From a virus (taxonomy: Duplodnaviria > Caudoviricetes): a stretch of DNA of 35,715 nt. The stretch lies in IMG/VR virus record IMGVR_UViG_3300037423_000638, positions 1 through 35,715 of that record; one strand, written 5' to 3'. The translations under genes and the position numbers were made by a program. Shown here piece after piece: positions 24,226 to 32,700 of this stretch (position 1 is the stretch's first letter; each line of letters begins with the position of its first letter). Below the pieces are notes generated by a model. The model worked only from the letters and a program-made list of their open reading frames with translations, ran no database searches and was not told the origin of the DNA.

Positions 24226-24747
24226 TCAGATGCCCAGCAGCACGGTCGGATCGATCGCGCCTTGGGTGTTGATGAAGACGGCGTTGGGAACGACGGTGGC
24301 GTCGTCCAGCACCGTGGTGCCGCCGACGAAGTCGCCGGTTCCGCTGGGGTTGACCAGCGTCAAGCCGATGAGGGCCTTTTGCAGCGGTTGGTCCGGGAAC
24401 GTGACCTGCGCCAACGTCGCGCCCTGGCCCAAAAACAGCGACGTCAGCGTGCCCGCCGAGTCGATGTAGTGAGCCCAGCCGCCGTAGTAAAGGTTCGTCA
24501 CCGTACCCGAGAGCGCCGCCATGTCGGTGTCGGCCGCCTTGGTCACCAGCACGCCGTTGGCAATGGCGTAGATCGCGGTGTGGGCCTGCGTGATCGCGGA
24601 GGCCGAGCCCCCTTTGATTCGCAGGCCCGCCGAGGTCATGCACTGGGAAGACAGCGCATTGGCGACGTGTCGCATCGGCGTTGCCAGCGCCCGCTGCAAG
24701 TCGGGGGCCTTCACGCCGTTGATGTACTGCATCAGTTTCGCGAGCAT
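24226..24747 (-). CDS. capsid decoration-like protein 1
   Basis: Directly after the major capsid gene, GGGAG SD; resembles 23709-24197. Confidence 0.7.
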   Translation of the reverse strand: MLAKLMQYINGVKAPDLQRALATPMRHVANALSSQCMTSAGLRIKGGSASAITQAHTAIYAIANGVLVTKAADTDMAALSGTVTNLYYGGWAHYIDSAGTLTSLFLGQGATLAQVTFPDQPLQKALIGLTLVNPSGTGDFVGGTTVLDDATVVPNAVFINTQGAIDPTVLLGI

Positions 24748-24762
24748 GTTGTCTGCTCCCGA

Positions 24763-25842
24763 TTACGCTTGCACGCGCATCGCGACGTTCAGCACCGCCA
24801 TCCAGCCGGCGTTCTCCACCATCACAGCCTTCCACCAGCTCGCGCCGCAGTAGCCGCGCTGGCCCAGCGGGTCAGCCTTGCTGGTCTCGTCGGGCATCAG
24901 CAGCACCGGCTTCGTGGAGTCTTCGCCCCGCAGGCTGATCTGCGAGAACGCATCCTCGGCCACGACGATGGGCTGGAAGACGTCGATGCTCGTGCCCGTG
25001 GTGGACGTGTAGGCGCCTGCGGTGGAAGCCACCGAAGCGCCACTGTCCTGGATCGCCACGAGGTCGGGGTGGATGATGAAGCGGAAGCGCTCGCACTTGC
25101 CGATCTCGCCGGGCTGGGCCTGGCCGGAATCGCTGTACTGCTCCACCGGGGTGAAGTTCGGCAGGTCCCGCGCATCGCCTTCCAGTTGGTAGGGCAGGTA
25201 CACGTTGAACGCGTCGAACACCGCCGTGGTGCCGTAGTTCGGCCCCGCCTTGAGCATCTTGGTGACCGGCATGCCGTGGTTGCCCACCAGCGCCGTGGCC
25301 ACCTTGCGCAGCAGCGGCAGCGTCAGCGCACCGTTCACGGTGCTGCGGGAAGTCCCCGTGCCGCCGTAGAAGTAGTTCGTCGAGCCGCGCAGCGCGCCGT
25401 AGATGATGTACTCGTTGACGAGCACGACACGGTCGGCGACCAGCTTGGCCATCTCCGAGGGGATGTTGTCCTCGTAGAACTTGTAGGTCTTGTCCGTGAA
25501 GCCGTACAGGCACGAGTACTGCTGCATCACCACGGTGATGTCTTGCGGCACGACGTTGTCCGGCGGCGGCGTGACGCCTTCGGACGTCTGGTGCGCCTGC
25601 ACGACCACGTTGGTGCGGTCGCCAGTGCCGTCCTGCACGAAACGGTTGATCGTGTTGGCGCTCGTGGTCGTTGCGCCGTAGGGCAGGAAGCGACGAGCCA
25701 CGTAGGTGTCGCTGTTGTTGCGGGGCAGTTGCTCTTGACGGCCGCCGCGCGCGAGGATTTCGCGGGGGATGGCACGCTTGAGGATCTTGCCTTTGAACTT
25801 ACCGATTCGCGCCGCGTACAGCGCGTAGCCTTGCATAGCCAT
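24763..25842 (-). CDS. major capsid protein (N4-gp56-like family, HK97 fold)
   Basis: 359 aa; EGVTPP...QQYSCLYGFTD, GEIGKCERFRFI and KADPLGQRGYCGASWW motifs; AAGGAG SD. Confidence 0.9.
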   Translation of the reverse strand: MAMQGYALYAARIGKFKGKILKRAIPREILARGGRQEQLPRNNSDTYVARRFLPYGATTTSANTINRFVQDGTGDRTNVVVQAHQTSEGVTPPPDNVVPQDITVVMQQYSCLYGFTDKTYKFYEDNIPSEMAKLVADRVVLVNEYIIYGALRGSTNYFYGGTGTSRSTVNGALTLPLLRKVATALVGNHGMPVTKMLKAGPNYGTTAVFDAFNVYLPYQLEGDARDLPNFTPVEQYSDSGQAQPGEIGKCERFRFIIHPDLVAIQDSGASVASTAGAYTSTTGTSIDVFQPIVVAEDAFSQISLRGEDSTKPVLLMPDETSKADPLGQRGYCGASWWKAVMVENAGWMAVLNVAMRVQA

Positions 25843-25875
25843 GACTGGGACTCCTTCGTCTCAGGTGCGCCAACG

Positions 25876-25904
25876 AAAAAGGCCAGCGGGTGAGGCTGGC
25901 CTTT
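25876..25904 (-). terminator. terminator-like hairpin between the scaffold and major capsid genes
   Basis: Minus strand AAAGGCCAGC-CTCACCC-GCTGGCCTTTTT. Confidence 0.55.
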
Positions 25905-25930
25905 CGGATCGACGCGTGGTTTGAAGCGAG

Positions 25931-26938
25931 CTAGTCTTCTTCCTCGAAGCCTTGCTCGAACGGGGACTTGGCCCGTGTCGGGGGCGGCGAGCCGCCGTCC
26001 TTCGGTGGGGCCACTGCGGCTGCCATCTGGCGAGACCGCATGGAGGGTTGTGCCGGTGTGGTGGCCGGTTTGGGAGCGGCTGTCGGGGCCGGGGTTGGGC
26101 TGGGCGCTGCGGCCTGGCGCTGACCGTAGTAGTCGCGCATCAAGGCTGCGGCGTCACCCACATCGGATGACACGTATCGGGCCACTGCGGATTCCGGGTT
26201 GGTGGCGATGAACTTGCGCAGCGGCGAGTTCTCGTCGGCCATCGCGGCATCGACAGCGGTCCGTCCAACAAGCACGAGCGAGCCGCCGGGTTGACCGGCG
26301 ATCCATTTGCCGAACTCCTCGCCGTTGACGTCCTTCTTCCAGGTTGGGAAGACGGCCGCCAAGGTGGTTCCGGCAAGCTCCCGGCGCACGGGCTCGATCT
26401 GCTCGGTCACCATCTTGGTGATGGCCTCCGCGTCGATCGGCTTGCCGCCAGTGCCCTTGAGGCGACCCATCACCTTCTCGAACGCCTTGCGGGTGTAGTC
26501 GGCCAGTTCGGGGTACTGGGCCTTCATGTCCGCGAAGTCGTCATCGGTCAGCTCCACGGCGGCGCCTTGCGGCGTGGCCTTCTGAAGTTCTGCGATGGTT
26601 CGTTCGAGCCCGCCGATCTTGCCGAAGGCCTGGTCGCGAATCTTGCCGAACGTGGCCTCGATCTCGTCGATCTTGGCGGCGCTCTTGCTGACTCGCTCCC
26701 ACTCTCCGCGCTGGATCTGCACGTACTCGGGGGCGACTGGGGCTGCTGTGGGAGCCGGGGTCGACGTTGGCGTCGGTGCGGGAGTCGGCTCCGGGACAGC
26801 CGGCGTTTCCGTGGGCTGACCGTCGTCCTCATCGTCGCTGTCGAACGTCGAAGCGAACGCCGATGCGGTGATCGCTGCGCTTTGTTCCTGCTCCGTCGGC
26901 TCGGGCTTGATTTCCTGCTCTGTGCTTGCTCCGCTCAC
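25931..26938 (-). CDS. capsid scaffolding protein
   Basis: GTG start with GGAGAG SD; acidic Pro-rich N-terminus, coiled coil, C-terminal FEQGFEED; upstream of the capsid gene. Confidence 0.75.
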   Translation of the reverse strand: MSGASTEQEIKPEPTEQEQSAAITASAFASTFDSDDEDDGQPTETPAVPEPTPAPTPTSTPAPTAAPVAPEYVQIQRGEWERVSKSAAKIDEIEATFGKIRDQAFGKIGGLERTIAELQKATPQGAAVELTDDDFADMKAQYPELADYTRKAFEKVMGRLKGTGGKPIDAEAITKMVTEQIEPVRRELAGTTLAAVFPTWKKDVNGEEFGKWIAGQPGGSLVLVGRTAVDAAMADENSPLRKFIATNPESAVARYVSSDVGDAAALMRDYYGQRQAAAPSPTPAPTAAPKPATTPAQPSMRSRQMAAAVAPPKDGGSPPPTRAKSPFEQGFEEED

Positions 26939-27042
26939 AACTATCTCTCCATGACACGCCGGCCTTTCGGCCAGCACCAAATCAGCAGCCGGCGCTCCCG
27001 CTTGTCGGGTGGACGTGGGCTACCACGCGTGCCGTGCGGCGC

Positions 27043-27273
27043 TTACGCACCGGGCGGCAATTCTTCTGATCTCGGCGGCCGGTCCAGCAGCATCAGCCTG
27101 CGGATGGCCTTGATCTCTCCGCGCTTGAGCGCCGTCTGCGCGACGTCAAGCTGCTCGTTTTCGTTCTCGCGCTGGATGCGAGCGATGCTGTCCTCAAAGT
27201 GGCGCATCAGGCGCTCCCACAGCGGTGAAGCGCGCTCGGCGTCGGTCAGCGCAAAGGGCATCGGGTGGCTCAT
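27043..27273 (-). CDS. small portal-associated hypothetical protein
   Basis: ATGA-coupled to the portal gene; QTALKRGEIKAIRRLM helix is typical of small genes that follow podophage portals. Confidence 0.75.
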   Translation of the reverse strand: MSHPMPFALTDAERASPLWERLMRHFEDSIARIQRENENEQLDVAQTALKRGEIKAIRRLMLLDRPPRSEELPPGA

Positions 27274-29666
27274 TGGGCGAACGCCTGCCCAGGTTCTGCG
27301 CGTCCGGCGGGCTCAGTGGGCGGTGTCAGCGCGTCGGGGGCGGGTGCTGGGTTGTGGTGCTGGTGCAAAGTCACCGCAAGGTTGTCGCGGCTGATCTCGC
27401 GCTGGGCCGACAGCTTCATGCTCGTTTCAGCCAAATCCTTCTTGGCATCCTGAATGGAAATCTTCATCTCCTTGGCGTACTCCAGCAGCGCGATCTGCCA
27501 CTTGAGCTGCCGATCGTGGTGTTCGCCTTCGAGCCGAATGCGCTCCTGCTCGGCCAGCGCCTGCTCGTAGGCCAAGCCACGGTCATGCGCGTTGGCCGCG
27601 ATCTCGCGCCGGACCGTGCCGTCCATGTCGGCCACATGCAGGCGGGTGGCGGCGTTGATCTTGGCGACCTTCTCCTGCGGCGATTCCGGCGGCGGCTGGC
27701 TCTGAAGCCGCTGCAGCTCCTCGTCGCTGTAGGCGAGTTCTTCGGGGTCGATGCGCTTGGAGCGCGCCACCAGCTCAGCCCACTTCCTCGGACTCCAGCC
27801 GAAGGCGGGATTCAGCGTGAGCTGGCCCATCATCATCAGGGTCTGCTCTTGGATGGCTTTTTCCACCATGGCCTGGCAGCCCTTGGCGATGATCTGGAAG
27901 TCGCCCTTTTCGTCTTCCGGAACATCGGGGTCCAGCAGCAGCCACTCGTAGTAGTCGTCGATCAGCGGCTCGATGACTTCCTTGTCCAGGGTGTCGGCGA
28001 TGTTTCGCAGCAGCGTGTTGCCGTTGGTGTTCTGCAATTCCGCCTGCCCGAAGGTCTGCGGGGTCGTCGGCCCGTCGCGGCCCTGCGAGACCAGCGGAAT
28101 GTTCGAAAACTCCTCGGCCAACTGGAAGGCGTAGTCCACGATGGCCTTGAGCTCGGTCCCGAGGTTGGGAATCTCGATGGCCGCCATGAGCTGACGGACA
28201 TCCACGCCCATTGCTTCTGCGGTGGTTTCCCAAACCTTTATGCCGCCACCGATCACCAGCGAGCCATCGGCCGGCTGAATCTTGTCGGTGGCAACCACGA
28301 GTTGCACGCCCGAAGACACCCCGGCGTTGTTCATCCACGCCCGCGTGCCGGCGTTGACCATGCGCTGCGGCACCGAGACTTGCTCGGCCACCCCGACCCC
28401 GGCCCAATGACCGGCGCGGCGCGACCACGAGAAAACCCGATACGGGAAGTGTCCGGACTCCTGCAGCGGGTTGAACTGCGCCCGGATCACGGTGTCATTG
28501 ACCAGCGTGACCACGGCATTGCAATACACCATCTCGTCGGGCAAGTCCTCCGCGCCCAAGGCCCGCAGCGTGATCATGTTCTCGCGGGTCAGCTCCCCGG
28601 TGTACTGCCACAGCACGTACATGCCCTTGCGGTCGCGCGGCATGTCCTTGCGGTTGCCTTGTTCGTCGACGAACGCCTTCTCCGGCCCTTCCTCGATCAC
28701 CTTGTCGATGCATTCCGGCAGGTACACCGGCAGCCCACCGGGTTCCCTCAAGTCCTTCAGCGACCGCAGCTTGCCCTCGGAGATGTAGCTGCGCTCCAGC
28801 ACGTAATCGCCGTCGTGGATGTCTTCGCCGCAGTTCGCAGCGGGGAAGAAGTTCCACGGGTCCACCCAGGTCACGCCGGGGAAGGTGCGCTGCACGATCT
28901 CCAGCTCGATGCCTTCGCCGTCCTTGGACAGCGCCCGCTCAGTGGAGCCCTGCGGGAACGGGCCTTTGAGAACGCCCGCGCCGATGCGCGCGGCATCATC
29001 GATCACGCGCCTGATTTGCTTGCCGTACCGGGCTTCTTCCAGCCAGTCCCAAATGCGTTTGCTCGCCTTCTCGGCCGAGGCCTTCGCTTTGGCGATCGCG
29101 TCCTTGGCCGCTTGCGCCGTGGGGGACAACTGCGCCGGTTGCGCCGTCGCCGGATTCGGCGCACTCTGACCCATGACGGCGGGCTGCGCGCTTTGTTCCT
29201 GCTCTATCGCATCGACGAGCTCCGGGTCCGGGGTCGGCTCCATCGAAAACGGCATGCCGCCAATGGGCAGCGCCTTCTCCTTGGCCTTGGCCGCCGCCAT
29301 ATCGACGTAGCGCGTGGTCAAGCGGATGAAGACCGTGGAGCGGGCCTCGGCGGCTTTCTGTGCGTCCTTGGTCAGCGGGCCGCTGGGGCTGGTGGGCTTG
29401 CGCCACGGCTGCCCGGCCCCCGCCACTTCGGAGCGGTTCATGTCGTCGATCGCGGCGTAGGCTTCTTCTGCCGCCGTCCAGACATCCTCGATGCCGCTTT
29501 CCTTGCGCGCCCTCACCGCTGCATCGCGCTTACCGCCGATCAGCTTGCCCAGGTTTTGCAGTTGCCCATACCACGCTGCGGCTTCTTCCTCGGGGCTGCG
29601 CTGCGGCAGGGCGAGCTTATCCCCGCCCGACTGCAGTTCGTCGGGCAGGAGGGATTCGTCGGTCAT
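27270..29666 (-). CDS. portal protein
   Basis: 798 aa; DAARIGAGVLKGP, VDPWNFFP, HWAGVGVAEQV...QRMVN and C-terminal coiled-coil barrel; synteny. Confidence 0.9.
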   Translation of the reverse strand: MTDESLLPDELQSGGDKLALPQRSPEEEAAAWYGQLQNLGKLIGGKRDAAVRARKESGIEDVWTAAEEAYAAIDDMNRSEVAGAGQPWRKPTSPSGPLTKDAQKAAEARSTVFIRLTTRYVDMAAAKAKEKALPIGGMPFSMEPTPDPELVDAIEQEQSAQPAVMGQSAPNPATAQPAQLSPTAQAAKDAIAKAKASAEKASKRIWDWLEEARYGKQIRRVIDDAARIGAGVLKGPFPQGSTERALSKDGEGIELEIVQRTFPGVTWVDPWNFFPAANCGEDIHDGDYVLERSYISEGKLRSLKDLREPGGLPVYLPECIDKVIEEGPEKAFVDEQGNRKDMPRDRKGMYVLWQYTGELTRENMITLRALGAEDLPDEMVYCNAVVTLVNDTVIRAQFNPLQESGHFPYRVFSWSRRAGHWAGVGVAEQVSVPQRMVNAGTRAWMNNAGVSSGVQLVVATDKIQPADGSLVIGGGIKVWETTAEAMGVDVRQLMAAIEIPNLGTELKAIVDYAFQLAEEFSNIPLVSQGRDGPTTPQTFGQAELQNTNGNTLLRNIADTLDKEVIEPLIDDYYEWLLLDPDVPEDEKGDFQIIAKGCQAMVEKAIQEQTLMMMGQLTLNPAFGWSPRKWAELVARSKRIDPEELAYSDEELQRLQSQPPPESPQEKVAKINAATRLHVADMDGTVRREIAANAHDRGLAYEQALAEQERIRLEGEHHDRQLKWQIALLEYAKEMKISIQDAKKDLAETSMKLSAQREISRDNLAVTLHQHHNPAPAPDALTPPTEPAGRAEPGQAFAQ

Positions 29667-29857
29667 GCGTTAGTTGGTTTGGCGCCGCTGCGGGTGTCGG
29701 CGTTATCGGCGGCCTGGTCGTGAGCGGCCTGCTGTTGTGCCTTGATCTGTGTTTCTATGTCCAAGATCACCGCTGCAACCTCGCAATAAGGTCTTTGCCC
29801 GAGAGCATTGCCGATCACTTTCCACGCGTCCAGATGAAGAGAGGCGGTGTATTTCAT
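29663..29857 (-). CDS. small helical protein (fibre-associated chaperone-like)
   Basis: ATGA-coupled on both sides; IGNALGQRPYCEVAAVILDIETQIKAQ. Confidence 0.65.
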   Translation of the reverse strand: MKYTASLHLDAWKVIGNALGQRPYCEVAAVILDIETQIKAQQQAAHDQAADNADTRSGAKPTNA

Positions 29858-30903
29858 GCTGTCGTGGTGATGGCTGTCCAAGTGGTGGAACCATCGGTGT
29901 TTATGTAGGCACGGTTGTTTGTGGCGGACCCGTCCGTTCGTAGGTACATAGAGCCCTTGGCAGCGGAAACGGTAGGAGCACCGGACCCCATGTACAGCCC
30001 CAATCCGCCTGCAGCATTCGATGTCTGAAGGAAAAGGACACCCCCGGCAGGGGGAGTGGTGGCGATTCGCGTCTTCACCAGGCCCGTGTAGTCCACAGTA
30101 AAAACATCGCTGGTTGCGTCGCGACCCTTGAACAGGAAGTCCCAATTCCCGCCAGCAGAACCCTGTGCGTAATAGGCGTTCCCGCCGGTCCCCGTGCTTT
30201 TGGTCGCAACAAAGCCGTAGTAGCCAGTGCCGCCGTAGTTGTTGGTTACGCAAATCTGCGTATCAATCTGCTGGGTGATCGTGTTGCTTCCGGTGTCGTA
30301 GATAGAGGTGACGCTCTCCATCGCTGCGGAGAACCCCGTCCCCGCATGCAGGACATTGGTCAGGATGCCAGCGCAATCCGAGTGCGTACCACCCTGTCGA
30401 ACAACCACCTGAAGCCCGTCGATCTCGCCTTCCACCGTCGAGGTCGTGTAGTTCTGCTTGATTATCGAAATGCTCTTGCCGTAATCGGCACTGCCTGGTC
30501 CGTTCAAGCCCGAGCCGACCGGACGAACACTCAGATTTTCTGCAATCGATTGATTGCCGGCGTGCGCCCCCGACAGAGTTGCCGTCGCATACCTGCGCGC
30601 AAACCACGTCGTGTCGCCCGTCTCGGCGTAGACCTGGACCGAAGTGAGCGGACCCGAGATGTCCGTGATGTCCAGAAGCGTGATCGTCGCGTACTGGACT
30701 CCGTTCACAGAAATCGCATACACCCCATCGGGGGCCTTGAATGAGAAAACCCCAGATGTGTCGGTAGTTAGCGGGTTTGTCTTTCTTGTTACGCCATCGT
30801 CAGCATAAATCAACGCCGAAGCGCCGTTTTGCGTTATGCGCACAGGTACACGCGAGCGCGCGTTGCCTGACTTGTCCTGAACGATGTCGCTGTACTTTTG
30901 CAT
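29854..30903 (-). CDS. fibre/spike-like virion protein
   Basis: N-terminal NPLTTDTSGVFSFKAPDGVY attachment-like domain; C-terminal GSGAPTVSAAKGSMYLRTDG motif of the kind seen at spike ends. Confidence 0.7.
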   Translation of the reverse strand: MQKYSDIVQDKSGNARSRVPVRITQNGASALIYADDGVTRKTNPLTTDTSGVFSFKAPDGVYAISVNGVQYATITLLDITDISGPLTSVQVYAETGDTTWFARRYATATLSGAHAGNQSIAENLSVRPVGSGLNGPGSADYGKSISIIKQNYTTSTVEGEIDGLQVVVRQGGTHSDCAGILTNVLHAGTGFSAAMESVTSIYDTGSNTITQQIDTQICVTNNYGGTGYYGFVATKSTGTGGNAYYAQGSAGGNWDFLFKGRDATSDVFTVDYTGLVKTRIATTPPAGGVLFLQTSNAAGGLGLYMGSGAPTVSAAKGSMYLRTDGSATNNRAYINTDGSTTWTAITTTA

Positions 30904-31517
30904 CAGGCCAGCACCCAGATATCTGCGGCATTCAAGGTCAACGTCTCCGAACCCGTGGCTTTCTGGCCAGTCAACACCAGATCGAGCGCAGCGGTGGTGT
31001 CGATTGCGGTGGTCGTCTGTGCATTCATCGTCAAAAGCGTGTCAGAGCTTCTGTTGCCGGCGATGCCCATCACCTGCGATGAGGCCGAGTTCCTGTTGAA
31101 CACTCGCGTGGAGAAAAATCCGGTCGCCGAGGTGGTCCAGGCATTGGAGGAAATCTGAGTACCGCTTCCTCCCCCCAATCTGGCCCGAACGGTCTTCACG
31201 TTGGCGCTGTTGGTCGAGGTCCACCACGACTCAAAACGAAGGCCACCATTCACCCCCAGCAGATTCGCCGGAATCGTGACCGTGGCAACGACAACTTCGT
31301 TGGTACTACTCGCCGTGACGGTCTGGTCTGTGGTGATTCGAGCAATGAGCTGCAGCCCATCCGGGAGCCACCGCGTACCGTCGGTCACCAACACCATGCC
31401 GGGTGAAATACCCAAGTCCGACACACGACGGCGGGTGCCGGCGGCCACGCTGCTGGCGGTGGGCAGCGTGGCATAAGTGCAGATGGGAATGGTTTCGCCT
31501 GGATAAAACAGTGGCAT
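30903..31517 (-). CDS. fibre/decoration-like beta protein
   Basis: TYATLPTASSVAAG...VTDGTRWLP fibre-like N-terminus; Thr/Ser-rich. Confidence 0.65.
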   Translation of the reverse strand: MPLFYPGETIPICTYATLPTASSVAAGTRRRVSDLGISPGMVLVTDGTRWLPDGLQLIARITTDQTVTASSTNEVVVATVTIPANLLGVNGGLRFESWWTSTNSANVKTVRARLGGGSGTQISSNAWTTSATGFFSTRVFNRNSASSQVMGIAGNRSSDTLLTMNAQTTTAIDTTAALDLVLTGQKATGSETLTLNAADIWVLA

Positions 31518-31949
31518 TTACCACTCCCGCGCAGCGAATGCCTGCGCCGTCGTCGCACCGTAGATGCTGATCGCGCCGGTCGGCACGCCGTTGGGCGGGT
31601 TCTCGTACAGCGCGCCAGCCGCAACTTTCATGCTGGGCTGTGCAGCCGCCGCCGTGCCGGTCTCCCTGATCCACAGATCGCCCGTCGAGACGTTCTGCAG
31701 CCAGAAGCCCTGCCGGTTCGCGTTGGCGGCCATCAGCACTTGCGCCGTGCCGCCTGCGGTGATGGTGCCGCTGCGATCTGTCGGCTGCACGCCAGGACTG
31801 GTGACGGGCAGCGGCGTTCCGCCCACGACACCCTGCACTTGGGAGCCGGGAGCCGTCACGATCCGGCCGTTCGAGTCGACCAGCACCGCGTAATACTGCG
31901 GCGAGCCGGTCTGGTCGGTGACGCCGACCGCAACGGTTCTCGTGCTCAT
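31518..31949 (-). CDS. structural-like beta-sandwich protein
   Basis: TDRSGTITAGGTAQVLMAANANRQGFWLQN; GGAG SD. Confidence 0.7.
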   Translation of the reverse strand: MSTRTVAVGVTDQTGSPQYYAVLVDSNGRIVTAPGSQVQGVVGGTPLPVTSPGVQPTDRSGTITAGGTAQVLMAANANRQGFWLQNVSTGDLWIRETGTAAAAQPSMKVAAGALYENPPNGVPTGAISIYGATTAQAFAAREW

Positions 31950-31958
31950 CTCAGCTCC

Positions 31959-32606
31959 TTACTGGTTCACTTCGTGCCAGTGGAACGAGCCGAGCATGCC
32001 GTTCGTGCCGGAGGCGGTGGAGGTGTAGATCGCCACATAGCCGCCAGGGGCCAGCACGATGCCGCCGTCCACGTCGATCCAGATCGGCTGCATCTGCGGC
32101 ACTGTGGTGATAGCGCCCGTCAGGCCGGAGCCCAGCAGGGTGTGCACCACCGGGGCCACCGGCAGCGTGGCCGCCGTATCGGCCAAGGCCACGCCTGCGG
32201 TTCCGAAGTTGGTGTCGATGTAGTTCGAGCGCGGCGTTGCCGGGGTCGTGTGCGTCACGTTCGTGGTCGAGAAGCCGACCATCAGCCCCACTGCCGATGC
32301 GGCAGTGAAGGCCACGAGGAAGCTGACGCCGACGCGGTCCACGATCACCAGCTTGCCCGAGCCGTTGGGGTTCGACAGGCACAGGCCGGTGTAGGTCGTT
32401 GCCAGGCCCACGGTCGTGGTCTGCCCGGCCTGGTTGGCAACGTGAAAGCTCGCCTTGCGGCGCACGTTCTCATACAGGCAGCCGTGCAGTTGCGAGACCA
32501 TGCCGTCTTGCTGCGGCCCGAGCGCAAGCGGGGCCGGCAATCCGACGTTGGCAGTGGAAGCAGAAGCGGCGCCGCCTTGGATGACGCCATTCAGGGGATC
32601 GGCCAT
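31959..32606 (-). CDS. structural-like hypothetical protein
   Basis: AAAGGAGG SD; Thr/Gly/Ala-rich beta protein ending WHEV. Confidence 0.7.
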   Translation of the reverse strand: MADPLNGVIQGGAASASTANVGLPAPLALGPQQDGMVSQLHGCLYENVRRKASFHVANQAGQTTTVGLATTYTGLCLSNPNGSGKLVIVDRVGVSFLVAFTAASAVGLMVGFSTTNVTHTTPATPRSNYIDTNFGTAGVALADTAATLPVAPVVHTLLGSGLTGAITTVPQMQPIWIDVDGGIVLAPGGYVAIYTSTASGTNGMLGSFHWHEVNQ

Positions 32607-32700
32607 GATGGGCCTCCTTTAACGAAGTGGAAGGGGATTGCGCCGTGAACAGGTTGGTTAGACGCTGCTGGCACGGCGCACCAGCAAGCGATCAAGAGAA

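Noticed and set aside
24747-24790. Programmed frameshift or readthrough extending the capsid protein
   Set aside because: No slippery heptamer seen; TAA stop, and the next gene has its own SD and ATG.
24091-29723. Long plus-strand ORFs (600, 367 and 832 aa) opposite the capsid, scaffold and portal genes
   Set aside because: Antisense shadows caused by high GC3 codon bias; no motifs or SDs. The same applies to 6266-7612, 10278-11786 and 19967-21400.
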